From Squalus acanthias (lineage: Eukaryota), in assembly GCA_030390025.1 (NCBI GenBank), contig CM059432.1:123258001-123322000 (forward strand): DNA of 64,000 nucleotides, read 5' to 3'. Positions 1 through 12,989 of this stretch are shown one piece after another. Under the pieces are notes generated by a model. The model made no database searches and was not told where the DNA came from. It saw only the letters and a program-made list of their open reading frames with translations. Position 1 is the first letter of the stretch. The number at the start of each line of letters is the position of its first letter. The translations under genes were made by a program, and so were the position numbers.

Positions 1-22
1 ATTATCAGCAAACTTGGATAAT

Positions 23-797
23 TGTAAGAAATAGCTGTTAGATTCAAAGATGGGTTTTAATTCTTAGAACAGAGACTGACAACATGCAGCCAGGAACAGA
101 TAGCAGTAATGCCAGCAAGGTCGAATAACAAGCATCAAAAGACAAATAGAAGTGAAAAGGGAATCGTAAAATGCAAAACACAGGGTGGTGGGATAATAGA
201 CAAAAATGGAGCTGAAAAGTAATAAAATGTCCTTAAAGAAACATAACAAAATGTTCCTCAGCAAGATAAGAGGGAAGCCTCGTCAGCCATGCAGAAAGGG
301 ACGGCGAGGGATGCCTTCCGCTTCACAATTGGACAATAGGATGGGGGATCAAATGATTGACACCAGGTGATTACCAGCCCACCGAAATAACTATAAATAT
401 AGAAGACCGAGAGAGGAAATCAGGCAGTTAGGGGCGAAGGCTTCCCCAAGGTGGCTACGGCCTAACACCTTGGTCAAGTTTAGCCTCTGACGTGGCTGAC
501 GGCCTAACACCTCCAACAGCTCGAGGGATGACCCAACGGAAGTGACCGCTGCAGCAGACTGCAGGAATCCACCCAATCCGAGACCACCGTACTGCCTCCC
601 CGTCCGTCCGGTCGTGGCATTCCGATTCGGGAGTCGTAGATCGCTCTCTACTGTCACGGGTTGTATGTCTATTATACTTGGCTTAAACCACATGTAATAT
701 CTGATTATGCTTTAAAACTGTAGCTCTTTAATAAAAGCCTTGCAACTCCTAAAACCCTTTGGGTAATCTGTGTGTGGCCTGTGATCCTAATCTTACA
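23..797 (+). mobile_element. Solo LTR of an LTR retrotransposon or ERV
   Basis: Inverted termini TGTAAGA (23-29) and TCTTACA (791-797). TATAAA at ~392, AATAAA at 730-735, internal direct repeat gtggct(g)acggcctaacacct (451-470, 492-512). Flanks ataat/atatt form an imperfect TSD. Confidence 0.7.
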
Positions 798-1137
798 ATA
801 TTGCATTTACATATTTTCCCTATGTATATATATAATCAGTATTTGAATTTCATCTCATTTTACTTAAAGATCTTCTCCATCTGAATATTAGTTCTTCAGC
901 CATTTTGTTCCATATCAGTCACAACCCTTACAGATATTGCGAACCGCTAGCAAAACTGTTAGTGCAACCAGAAGCTGCCAGCGAATTTGCGCAAAATTAA
1001 TGTCCTGGATAAACTTTGGAGAGATAGTTTGCTGAGAGACACTTGACTCGTGCTCTAGATAGTAGGAGAAACAATTGCTGTAGTACAGCATTCCTTACCG
1101 CATGTTGCATAATCGGCGCAGATAAGGTGAAGCTCAC

Positions 1138-1648
1138 GGGGACGATTTTAACTCAGCCCGCCCGGTGGAAATGGAGCAGTTGTGGTCCTAAAGTTGCAGT
1201 TCTGCACCTACCGTCCCACCCCCTGCTTCAATCCTGGCCACTGCCATTTGGCACAGGGTCTTTACAAGAGTGGCCCAGGCGCTTGCCTGAATCAGGTGGG
1301 TGCCGGACTATTGCGTGCAAATCGGGGTCCTATGACGACCAGGCAAAGCGTGCGTCGGGCACGAGAAGGTAAGTTCAGAATTATTTTTGTGGGGCCAGGA
1401 GGAGCAGGAGTTCTCTTCCAGACTCCCCAAGAATACTGTGGACCACTGTTGCCCTGGGCTCCCACCCTCCATGTCTGGTCCACCCGCCCGCCTCCTCCCG
1501 GGCCTACCTGGCTGCTGGCCAGCTCAGTCTCCAGGCGGCATGGCAATGTGGCGCGGCCTCCAACTGGCTTGGGCCTCCTGCTGACACCAACAGGCGGGCC
1601 TTCTGTCTACTGCCTGCCTGCTCCGTGTCCGGGGTTCAAATCTACCCC
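1138..1648. mobile_element. Harbinger-type MITE
   Basis: Ends GGGGACGATTTT...AAATCTACCCC, 3-bp flanks CAC/TAC. Shares the tgtggggccaggaggagcaggagt motif with copies at ~22560 and ~47480. Confidence 0.65.
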
Positions 1649-1942
1649 TACCTCTCTGAGTGATCAGGCAAATTCCACCTTCACACTGAGTAGATCAAAA
1701 AGGTGGGGCTAATGTTTACTGTACTAGGAGACATAGTTTTACAGAAATTCCATGGACTACCAGCTTTATGTTGTGAGTTTGATTGTGATTTAAATGCGAT
1801 GAAATAAAAATTAGCAGTGATCTCGCCCTGTAGGAATACAGAAAAAAATGAATTGACATTACAAATTTCTCAGTTTCCATTGTGTTGGATTATTGCGGTT
1901 GAGACAGGTGTGAAGACCATCCTGGACCATGTTATAAATTAT

Positions 1943-2459
1943 GGGCACGAAACTCCTATAATGCGGTGGGACAGGACTTCCAGCCATCAATCAGCCCTTG
2001 CCGACACCCTGTCCCAAATCCTGTATAAAGAGAGCAGGCACCCGTGCCATTTAAGGCATTCCTTGACCACTTTGCCACTCTGTTGGGAGGCGGGCGGGGC
2101 TGTTCCAGCCAAAAGCAATCCAAAACTTGCCACTTTCCCAACAGCAATTGATTGCCGTTAGGAAACTGGCCGGAATGTTAGATGTACACCTGCGTCACGC
2201 AGGCGTGCTTTCCATGGGATGTTGAAGTGAGGTGGAAGTAGTGGGGATTTTTGGCAGCCTTCCCTCCTGACCCACTTCCTCTTCTGGTACCAGGATGGAA
2301 GTGGAGGGGGTGGGGGTGGGGGGGGGGGGGATGGGGAATGAAAGAAGCTCTGGCTCCCTCCTGTTGAAGTGTGGGTAAAAAGGGACAGAACCAAATTCCA
2401 GCAGTCCTGCCTAAGATGTGTTCGAGTAGTGTCCTCACAGGCCCAGGAATTTTGGGCCC
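1943..2459. mobile_element. Probable decayed Harbinger-type MITE
   Basis: Imperfect TIRs GGGCACGAAACTCC...GGAATTTTGGGCCC, GC-rich interior. No clean TSD. Confidence 0.4.
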
Positions 2460-2464
2460 AGTGA

Positions 2465-2621
2465 GGGTAGTTTTGACTCAGGGCGATAGCGTAAAGTGGG
2501 TGATATCGATTCACCTGCCCGTTATACATCTCTCCTGATTTTCAATTGGGAGAGATGTATAACCAGCGGCTGAACTGATATTGCCCACTTTACACTATTG
2601 TCCTGAGTCAAAATTACCCCC
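2465..2621. mobile_element. Short palindromic (hairpin) MITE
   Basis: Whole element is self-complementary (gggtagttttgactcagggcgatag...ctattgtcctgagtcaaaattaccc). TGA on both flanks. Confidence 0.75.
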
Positions 2622-3134
2622 TGATATGTTTTAATATGAAATTTTACCTCAACCAAGTATGGCAAATTTAAAGTAGTATATTTTCTTGATGAGGGTTCTT
2701 TGTTTCGGTGTGTGTGTGTGGAGCAGGGAAGGGGAGAGATTCAACAAATACACAATGCTGTCACTGCATGGTAAATTCCAACAGAAAATCGTTTATCTCC
2801 AGGGTTGAGGCCGATTATCCACCAGAGTTACAGGGCACATGGAAATTCAACTCCTGCGTCGAGAACTTTTTCTGGGGCCCTTCCATTCTGTCATAGTAAT
2901 TTAGGCGGAATCCCTGTTTAGGCAGGTAAAGGTTGTTTTTTTTGCCAAACTTCCGTCAAAGTTATGGTGCCAGAGCAGAAGAAGCAGATACTCACCCCCC
3001 ATAATATCTAATGGTTGAGCCACCAAAAGTAGGCTTTGATTCACAGATGCTGGACTGGTTCATGTTATACGAGGAAATGCAGGTGTTGGGTGTTGGTGCT
3101 CGCTGACGTGGAATGAGCTTCTCCCACAATTGTG

Positions 3135-3408
3135 TCTTTGAATTTGTGTTGAAGAAGAGCAGGGGAGTTCTCCCCGGTGTCCTGGTCAATATTTATCCCC
3201 TAATCAGCATCACTAAAAACAGATTATCTGGTCATTATCACATTGCTGTTTGTGGGAGCTTGCTGTGCGCAAATTGGCTCCCGCGTTTCCCACATTACAA
3301 CAGTGACTATACTTCAAAAAGAACTTCATTGGCTGTAAAGCGTTTGGGACGTCCTGAGGTCATGAGAGGTGCTATAGGAATGCAAGTCTTTCTTTTTCTT
3401 TCTTTCTT
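3135..3408 (+). mobile_element. Deu-domain SINE (SacSINE1-like), 5'-truncated, with L2-like tail
   Basis: ccggtgtcctggtcaatatttatccc...cattgctgtttgtgggagcttgctgtgcgcaaattggct core and gctataggaatgcaagtctttc(tttc)n tail. Several other copies in the window. Confidence 0.75.
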
Positions 3409-3502
3409 TGATCTGAGGTGTAAGAAACTGCCTTTATTTACCATAGCATTTCACCGTAAGTATAGTTCACAGGACTTGGTTGTATTTCTACACTATTACA
3501 AT

Positions 3503-4263
3503 GGGCTGGATTTTCAATGACCCGTGGAGTCGGGTTTGGAGGCGTGTGGGGGGTTAAAGTTGCAGATTCAGGGGTCCTGACCCCATGCCGACTCCATTCC
3601 GCCTCCACGCAATTTTGACAAAATCGGTCGCGGGGTTCCCGACTCCGTACCGCCTCCAAGAGGCGGGAGAGGCCATTAAAGCCCTTAACAAGCCCTAAAT
3701 TGGCTCTGTAATGCCATTTTGAAACGTTTTAGCTAGTTTAACCCTTTTCCGAGGTGAACTACGCCTGATGTGAAACACTCCAGTGAAACCTGGCGGGTGC
3801 ACAAGTGGATAGCTGACTATCAGCTGCAGGTCCACTTTTACAACGGAGATGTGATGAAGGTAGTAGTACTATTGTGATGAAGGTAGTAGTAGTATTAGGT
3901 CTGAAAGTCGCCTCTAATGCTGCTGCATTGAATGTCTTCAGAGACTGCCTGGGAGGACTTGGTTGCAAAAAAAATTCTCTCTCTCTCTCTCTCTGAGATG
4001 CTGCTCATTTTGCATCCAGGTCCTCTCACAGCAAAGGCCAGGCAATCTCTGAGACCAGGCAGTCTCTGACCTGCAATGATGACATCATCAGAGGCGACTT
4101 TCAGACTGAAACTGCTAATTGGGTCATGGGTTCCCACATGCTGGAACTCAATTGCCCAATTAAGTGAAAATTGCATCAATGTCCCACATCCAATTGCAGG
4201 CGGGTGGATAACACGAAATGCGGATGACACGACCCCAACCCGCCCCGTATCAAAATCCAGCCC
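3503..4263. mobile_element. Harbinger-type MITE
   Basis: TIRs GGGCTGGATTTT...AAAATCCAGCCC, perfect TSD AAT. Confidence 0.85.
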
Positions 4264-7200
4264 AATGAGACAGAGCTCCATGGAGGTTAAGTATGCCACT
4301 GCTCTTTATCTGTTGATTTATTTTGCTTCTGTATAAATTTACAGCGTATAATAAAGGACAGAGAATTCGAGTGTGGGATTTTTGAGGAGAGGGAGGGGAC
4401 AGTGTCAGGCTTTGCACATCGCAAATGTGACAACCTTGTTCCAGCATCAGCTGTTATATGCTGCAGTATATCCCCAAACTAGTACTTAAAGTAATGCAGT
4501 TATGTCAACATTTCCGCACAGGATTATTTTTTACTCTGAAAGCAGTTTGCTCTGCTGTGTCTGTGATGCACATAAAATCATTTTAGTTGTGGCACTTGTC
4601 AGCTATATGTACAAAGGACCTATGGAATTCTGATTCCCTTTCTTGCTATAATTATGAGAAATAAGAGATGGATTACTATTATGACCAGCCTGCTGAAGCA
4701 AAGTGCTCGACGTGACCTCACTGCTTCAAAGTATAATTTATTGATTCCCATCCTTTATAAGAAATGCTGAAAGAACTGCAATTTCATTGCGGCTGCATTA
4801 CCTTTGCGTTAGTATCCCCAGTGTCATACACATGAATTGCCGATTGTAACAGCATCAGTTATAAGTCAAAACGGAGACAGAATTGACAAATCGGCAACAG
4901 CTTTGCAATGCTTTATTAGAAAGCTTTAATGACTGTGGCAGACAATACAAGAAGCTAGCACCTGAGGGATTATGCAGACACTGCCATTCATCTTTAAAGA
5001 CCTATTAATCAATAAGTGGGTTGGTCTGCTTCCCATTAAATATCAATGCGAGCTATGAAACTAACCTCAATTTCCCGTCGTTGGGTTTCAGAGTGCTGCT
5101 TATAGTGTTGTCACTCGGCTTATTCTACTGGAAGATTGTACCTGAGGGATGTGCAGCTTCACTAGACGGTGGCAGAAGTGGCCCTGTGGTGTTGAAGCCT
5201 TCTTTCTGACCCATTCTCCAGTTTAGTGAGGTTTCACATCAGGGTTCTTGCATTGCGAAGCAACCTTTAATATTGTACCAATACGCTTCTTGTGTCACGC
5301 TTAATTTATCACCTCAAACTGCTCTCACCGCTACCACTATCAGTGACGGCGCTGTGACCAGTACTTCAGCTCAAATGTGGCCTCCAGACCTCCAGTTTGA
5401 ATCGGCACAATTTACATTTGGGTCTTCTTTGTTGATCAAGTGGATGTCGCACAAACTATCTGCACACCTGCCATTACATTTTACTGAAATTCTAGTGGGG
5501 GAAAATAATACCTCAAGTGTAAATGCTAAGATATTCCATGGGGCAACAAACCCATGGCCATTGTGGCACACTGCCGCTGGATTTATGGTGGGGGTGCACT
5601 GCAACAGCTAGAAATTCGGCCAGTACCCCAATACATTGATTGGGTCACCGCCTAGTGACAGAGTTTTTGCGGCCCTTTGTAAGGGACGGAGCCTCTGCTA
5701 GTCCTTTTCAAGGCCCTTGTCACAGGAGGCACTGAGGCTGGAGGTGGCAACTCCCAGTGCCAGGAGTTCCCTTGTCCTCGATCCTCAGAAGGACTTGATG
5801 TTTCATCGGCAGTGGTACAGCTGGTGCGGCCAGGCGTACCAGGCTGCTGAATAATGCACATGGGCCCCATCCTGAGGCTCCAGGCCAGGAATTGTGGCCT
5901 AGACACCTGAAGAACGGGCAAGTTTTAAAAAATGTGGCACCTTTCTAGGGGGAACAGACACCTCTTTGGTAGATGTGTCTCTAGTGGTACGTGCACCCAC
6001 CATTGTTCGGCAAATTAAGGGACCTTCCCGACCCCATTCTGGGCAGGCACATCCTGGTTCTTAATCTGGGATATGTACCCTGCAAATTTTCAACCTCATA
6101 TATCCACCATTGGCCTTTACTGCAATTCTAGTAACAACTATCTCACTAAACCGTTTGGCTTCAGGATTATAGTGGAACCACAATTATAGCAAGAGCTACA
6201 TCATGTCTCACAGAAGATAGCCACAATTCAAAATAATGTTTACACAACTTGTGCACCATACACAACAGAACATCTTTGAGCTCCCTTCACATACTCAATA
6301 ACAAGCATTTTTTTTTGCAACTGCACATGAATGGAGGATACAGTCTAACAAATTAAAAATGGTTCCTGTACTCCCACCATGACATCATGCTGCCGAACCA
6401 ATGCTATCCTGACATCACCATGCATCCCATCACTGCAATTAGCTGTAAGCCTCATTTTTATTCCTATCGTATGGACCATTCTAACATATGAAATATATTG
6501 GTCCCCTATTATCCTGGGGGTTTACCGGAATCCCACCATAACTCTCCGGTGGGATTATGGTGGAACCCATCAGTAAATGGCAGGGTCCCCCTTTGCGCTA
6601 GTTCCCTGCCAGTTCTCTGATTTTCCATTCTGCCTTGTAAGAGGTGGAACTTCTGCCTGATCCTTATGAGGCCATTGACGTCAGAGAGCAGCCTTGGGGG
6701 GCAATGACACCCTTACACTGGGAGTTCCCGCTTCCCTAGCTCAGTAAGGGCTCGGTATATTACTGGAGGCTGGTGTGCCAAGTGTACCGGCCTCCAGCTG
6801 GAGGTAAGTGGGCCCCACCATGTATTCCAGGCAATGGGAGTGACCTGGACCCTGAATCAAGGCTACATTTAAATATATACATTGGATTGGCTGCTTTGCA
6901 CAGGGGGCTGTGGCGGGAATTATTTAGTCTTGGGGCGGGGCCTGCGCAACTCCTCCCCCCCGTCCCAAGATTTTCCAGCTGCGTGAGACATGTGGGTGCT
7001 GGAGATGGGTTCACCATTGTGCAGGTGCCTTCCTGTTGACCCTGCAAAATCCGTTGGGGTCAATGCGAGAGGACACCTGAGGACACGATGACGACAGTTA
7101 TGTCATGATCATGTCCGCAGACTTTTGGGGTCAATATCTGTATTAATATCTGTTTCATAAGAACAAATAAATATTACATACAACAGTTTCTAACCTGTAT

Positions 7201-7708
7201 TTTCAAGTTGGAACTCTCATTAAGTGAAATATCAGTGAAGATAGTCACAACGACAATGTAACATAAAGCAGTTTCAATGGATTTTTTTCGGCCACAAAAG
7301 CTACTCAAAAAAACTCATCAAGATTCAATTCTTCTTCAATTAAAAGTATTATAAATAGAACTAGTACATCTCCCGTGGCAATGTTTGGAGACTGAGAAGT
7401 GGAGGCCCACGAGACAGTAAAAGGACAAGCTGATGGCTGGGCAGGGAGCCAGCAGCAGACAAGGGCTGAGCCCACTCAGAGAGCAGAGAAGCAAGCACTG
7501 GAGGGGCCCGGAACCAAAGGTCAGCCAAGGAGCTAGTGGATAGGCTGTGAACCAAGGCGAATAAAGGCTGGACGAGGGGCCTAATGGAGCATACAATGGG
7601 CCTGGGAAAAAGTGGAGTGCATGAGACCAGGGGAGCGAGGCCTGGGCTGTCTTGATGCAAAGTTGGATCAAGATTGCTGCCTGGTCATGGAGTCAGTATA
7701 GAGTCATA

Positions 7709-8603
7709 GGGGGAAAAATTCAGTTGGTTGCGCCTCCCGTTAGCACCTTAAGAGGGTGCTAAAGGGGCGCAAAGCAACTAGTGCCCGGGCGCGGTGATGT
7801 TTGCGCCGCTCGCGAAATTAACTAGACATTTTGCGGCGGCGCTAAACAGTACCGCCACGATCTCCTGCGCCGGCAGATCGTGACGTCAGTCGAGTGCGCA
7901 ACGCCCCGGTATCGCCCCGGAGCGGATATTGAGTGGCGCCCCCTGCCTTACCGCCTGATGCTAGCAACGAAAGGTTGAGGGGAGCGTTTTGCAGTCAGGA
8001 AGGGACTGGGGGAGCGCTATTTAAAGGCGACCGCTTCCTGCCTTTTAATGTTGGCGACATTTTTGAACCACGCATTCTGAGAGAGAGAGAGAGAGAGACT
8101 TCTGGAGAGATTCAACATTGTGTGAAGGAGTTTTGGGTACTGAGCAGCACTTTGCAGGTTCATTTTAATTTGCCCTTCCTTGTATCGATTTAGAAGAGAC
8201 TCTGGGGGCTGCACTCTGAGCTCTTTCCCTGGACCTCTCCATTGTTCTTTCCAACAGATTTGATGTACAGGTCTCTCCAGGCCGAGATTCAAGGCTGCAA
8301 TGAGCAGGATGTGGATGGAAAGCAAGATCAACCTTCCCCTTTAAGAACTGGCTGGGGCCATTGTGTCTGTGTTCCATTGCTGACTGACATCACATGAGCT
8401 TCGCCAACGCTCTGAGTTAGCGCCTCGCTCCTCAGCCTTTGCGCCTTAAGACAGATGTGTAGCGCCTGATTTAGTGCTCCAATCACCTCCAGGGGCGATA
8501 AAAGTCAAGTTTGCAGTCGGTGGCGATAATTAGCGCCAGGTGCTAATCTTTGCGCCCGGCCGATAATTGCACCCCAAACGGGGCGATACTGAATTTTTCC
8601 CCC
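7709..8603 (+). mobile_element. Young Harbinger-type MITE, copy A (895 bp), inserted in a CR1 3' tail
   Basis: 16-bp TIRs GGGGGAAAAATTCAGT/ACTGAATTTTTCCCCC. TSD ATA within (ATAGAGTC)n. CpG-rich subterminal GGCGC/GCGCC repeats. Confidence 0.9.
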
Positions 8604-10633
8604 ATAGAGTCATACGGCACAGAAGGAGGCCATTTGGCCCATGGAGTCCGTGCCGGCTCTCTGTAGAGCAATCCCGTCAGTCCCATTCCCCCACTCTATC
8701 CCCATAGCCCAGCAAGTTTATTTCCCTCAAGTGCCTATCCAGTCTCCCCTTGAAAACATTGAGTGTCTCCGCTTCCACCACTTCCGTCAGCGGCGAATTC
8801 CAGGTCCTCACCACTCGCAGTGTAAAAATGTTTTTCCTCACATCCCCTCTGTATCTCTTGCCCAAAACCTTAAATCTGTGTCCCCTAGTCCTTGTACCAT
8901 CAACTAGTGGGAACAGCCTTTCCCCGTCTAGCCTATCCAAACCCATCATAATCTTGTACACCTCTATCAAATCACCCCTTAACCTCCTTTGCTCTAATGA
9001 AAACAAATCCAGCTTCTCCAACCTGTCCTTGTAGCTAAGATCCCCCATCTCCGGAACCATTCTGGTAAATCTCCTCTGCACCCTCTCAAGGGCCTTCACA
9101 TCCTTCCTAAAGTGTGGTGACCAGAACTGAAAGCAATATTCCAGTTGTGGCCTAACCAGTGCTTTATAAAGGTTCAGCATAACTTCTCTACTTTTGTACT
9201 CAATACCTCTATTTATGAAGCCCAAGATCCCATATGCTTTGCTAACCACTCTTTCAATATGTCCTGCCACCTTCAGGGACCTATGCACATTAACTCCCAG
9301 GTCCCTCTGTCCCTGCACACACTTTAAAACTGTGCCATTAAGTTTATATTGCCTCTCCCTGTTCCTTCTGCCAAAATGCATCACCTCACACTTCTCTATT
9401 AAATTCCATCTGCCACTTGTCTGCCCATTCTGCTAGCCTTTTTATGTCCTATTGCAGTCAATTGGTTTCATTCACACTGTTTGCCAGACCCCCAAGTTTG
9501 GTGTCATTGGCAAATTTAGAAATTCTACTCTGTATTCCAATATCCAGGTCATTTATGTATATCAAAAAAAGCAGTGGCCCCAGCACTGACCCTTGGGGAA
9601 CACCACTGTCTACCATCCTCCAGTCTGAAAACAGCCATTTACCACAACTCGCTGTTTTCTGTCCTTAAGCCAATTCCTTATCCAAGCTGCCACTGACCCA
9701 CCTATTCCATGAGCCTCAATTTTGTTAACCAGCCTTCTATGTGGTAATTTGTCCAACGCCTTCCTAAAATCCATGTAGACAACATCCATTGCATTCCCTT
9801 CATCAATCCTCTCTGTTACTTCATCAAAAAATTCAATTAGATTAGTCAAACATGATCTGCCTTTTACAATTCCGTGTTGGCGCTCCTTAATTAGCTTAAA
9901 CCTCTCCAAGTGCCCGTTAATTTTTTCCTTGATTATTGTTTCTAAAACTTTACCCACCACTGATGTTAAACTGACTGGCCTGTAGTTACTAAGATTGTCC
10001 TTACACCCTTTATTGAACAATGGTGTCACATTTGCCACTTTCCAATCCTCAGGCACCTCCCCCGCATCTAGGGAAGATTGGAAAATTATGGCAAGCCCCT
10101 CCGCTATTTCCTCCCCCAATTCCCTTAGCAACCTGGGATGCAAGCCATCTGGACCAGGCAACTTGTCCACTCTAAGCATACCCAGCCTTTCTAGTACATC
10201 CTGTCGATCAATTTTCACCCCTTCCATTACTTCTACCTTTTCCACTTCTACCGATATTTTGTCAGCATCCACACCCTTAGCAAACACAGTTACAAAGTAC
10301 TCATTGAGTATTCTAGCCTTGCCCTGCGCCTCTAAGCATATATCACCTTCTTTGTCTCTAATAGACCCCACCCCACCTATTACTATCGCTTACTGTTTAC
10401 ATGCCGGTAGAAGATTTGGGGTTCCCTTTTATATTAACCGCCATTCTACTCTCATATTCTCTCTTTGCCAATCTTATTTTCATTTCCCCTCTCAACTTAT
10501 TGTATTTGGTCTGTTTCTCCCTTGAAGAATTCACCTGACATGCATCATACACCCTCTTTTTTTGTTTCATCATCTTCTCTATCTCCCTCGTCATCCAAGG
10601 AGCCCTTGCTTTGGTTCCCTTACCCTTCCCTCT
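8604..10633 (-). mobile_element. CR1 (HER1-like) LINE, 5'-truncated, frameshifted RT ORF2
   Basis: ORFs 10594-10397, 10371-9610 (PGPDGLHPRLL, NYRPVSLTSVVGK, GRSCLTNLIEFF, DVVYMDFRKA) and 9384-8677 (RPQLEYC, LEQRRLRGDLIEVYK). 3' tail (GACTCTAT)n is split by the MITE. Confidence 0.95.
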
Positions 10634-10740
10634 TGTAGACAGAGAACTGGAGAACAGGATGGCTGTGAAGTGTGTGTTTTTCTAGACTTTATTCGTTAGA
10701 TATGATTGATCCATGATGATTATCTGACCAATAATACTAT

Positions 10741-11635
10741 GGGGGAGAAATTCAGTATCGCCCCATTTGGGGTGCAATTATCGGCCGGGCGCAAAGATTA
10801 GCGCCTGGCGCTAATTATCGCCACCGACTGCAAACTTGACTTTTATCGCCCCTGGAGGTGATTGGAGCACTAAATCAGGCGCTTCACACCTGTCTTAAGG
10901 CGCAAAGGCCGAGGATCGAGGCGCTACCTTAGAGCGCTGGCGAAGCTCATGTGATGTCAGTCAGCAATGGAACACACACACAATGGCACGGGCCAGTTCT
11001 TAAAGGGGAAGGTTGATCTTGCTTTCCATCCACATCCTGCTCATTGTAACCTTGAATCTCGGCCTGGAGAGACCTGCACATCAAATCTGCTGGAAAGAAC
11101 AATGGAGAGTACCAGGGAAAGAGCTCAGAGTGCAGCCCCCACAGTCTCTTCTAAATCGATACAAGGAAGGGCAAATCAAAATGAACCTGCAAAGTGCTGC
11201 TCAGTACCCAAAACTCATTCACACAGTGTTGAATCTCTCCAGAAGTCTCTCTCTCTCTCTCTCTCAGAATGCGTGGTTCAAAAATGTAACCAACAATAAA
11301 AGGCAGGAAGCGGTCGCCTTTAAATAGCGCTCCCCCAGTCCCTTCATGACTGCAAAACACTCCCCTCAACCTGTCGTTGCTAGCGTCAGGCGGTAAGGCA
11401 GGGGGCGCCACTCAATATCCGCTCCGGGGCGATACCGGGGCGTTGCGCACTCGACTGACGTCACGATCTGCCGGCGCAGGAGATCGTGGTAGTAGTGTTT
11501 AGCGCCGCCGCAAAATGTCTAGTTAATTTCGCGAGCGGCGCAAACATCGCCGCGCCTGGGCGCTAGATGCTTTGCGCCCCATTAGCGCCCTCTTAAGGCG
11601 CTAACGGGAGGCGCAACCAACTGAATTTTTCCCCC
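10741..11635 (-). mobile_element. Young Harbinger-type MITE, copy B, inverted relative to copy A
   Basis: Near-identical reverse complement of 7709-8603, same length. TSD TAT (10738-40, 11636-38). Confidence 0.9.
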
Positions 11636-11934
11636 TATGTGTTTAGCATGAATTAATCAACATTGGTGTAAGCGCTTTACAATCATACACTCTTATAGGC
11701 ATAAAACATTTAAAGCTACGATAATCAATCTTCGAGGTGTTTCACACAGGGTGCCAAGACCACATGTGGTCTTCAGCTGAAGTAGCGTTAGAAGCTGGGG
11801 GTGTAATTAGACCAGGGCATGCAGACGTACTTCACTCATAAATTATATCCTTATTTTCATTATCAATTCCTACATCCACATTTACGAGGAAAACAACCAG
11901 TGGTGTTGTTGCACTGGAGAGGAGTGGAGGACAA

Positions 11935-12010
11935 AAGAGGAGGAGGAAGGGAGGGAGGAACAGAGGCGGAGGAGGAGGAGGAGGAGAGGGGAGGGAGGAG
12001 AAGATGGGGA
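11935..12010 (+). repeat. (GGA)n purine-rich low-complexity tract
   Basis: gaggaggaggaagggagg...gaggaggaggaggaggagagg. Confidence 0.7.
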
Positions 12011-12019
12011 GTAGATGTG

Positions 12020-12480
12020 CGTAGGTTCACCAGAATGTACCCGGACTCCAGGAGTTAAATTACGAGGAAACATTACACAAACTAGGGTTGTATTCCCTAG
12101 AATTTAGAATGTTAAGGAGTGATTTAATTAAAGTTTGCAAGATGTTAAGGGGAACAGATAGAGAGAAACTATTTCTGCTGGTTGGGGAGTCTAGGACTAG
12201 GGGGCATAGTCTAAAAATTAGAACCAGACCTTTCAGGAGTGAAATTAGGAAACACTTCTACACACAAAGGGTGGTAGAAGTTTGGAACTCTCTTCTGCAA
12301 ACAACAATTGATGCTAGATCAATTGTTAATTTTAAATCTGAGATTGCTATATTTTTGTTAACCAAAGGTATTAAGGGATATGGAGCAAAGGCCAATATAT
12401 GGAGTTAGGTCGCAGATCAGCCATGATCTCTTTGAATGGCGGAACAGGCTGGAGGGGCTACATGGCCTCCTCCTGTTCTT
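12020..12480 (+). mobile_element. CR1 LINE 3' fragment
   Basis: YSLEFRMLRSDLIKV...RTRGHSLK...FYTQRVVEVWNSL followed by a CR1 3' UTR. Confidence 0.85.
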
Positions 12481-12989
12481 AATTTGCTATGCTGGCCAGT
12501 GGAGGTAGAGGATTGTGGACCTGTTCAGGTGGTGGGGGGGCGGTGGTGGTGGTGTGGAGAAAGGTTGCTCACTGGGGGTGGGGGCGGGGGTTGGCAATTA
12601 AACTCACTGAAGAGCCACAACAAGAGAAGCAGAGGAGGTAGGGTAGTAAGGCAGGGGCTGATTTTACTGCTTGTACACACCACTGAGAATTGGTTCCGTT
12701 GACATTTTAACTTCACATTCCTGGGCGTAATTTAAAAAAAACCGCATTTTCAAGATTCTGCTTCATCAAAACAGACTGCACTGCAGCAAAAGTGGCCATT
12801 AATTCAGCAAGCATTATTTTCACTTTTATTGTATGTCTTATATGGGGCCATTGGGTTTCAGCTTTCATGAAAAACAAACTGGATTACGAAACGTAATATC
12901 AAATCACCAATAAAAACCCAAAAATGATTAAAAGGAATTTAACTTATTCAGTTGCCTTGAAGCAGTGGCGTTGGTCTTAGGCCTTTATT

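Noticed and set aside
4810..4840. Possible next DOK6 exon (MCDTGEG...)
   Set aside because: The minus strand reads atgtgtatgacactggggatac, which does not encode MCDTGEGLF and lacks an acceptor. That exon is apparently outside the window.
7933..11411. Duplicated ORFs (7933-8193 and 11151-11411; 8017-8331 and 11013-11327) as a protein-coding gene pair
   Set aside because: They recur only because the MITE is duplicated. They use non-ATG starts, include translated (AG)n and show no recognisable domain.
7709..11635. Composite transposon carrying a CR1 RT between two MITEs
   Set aside because: Each MITE has its own TSD, the outer flanks (ATA, TAT) are not a direct repeat, and the CR1 tail continues outside the left MITE.
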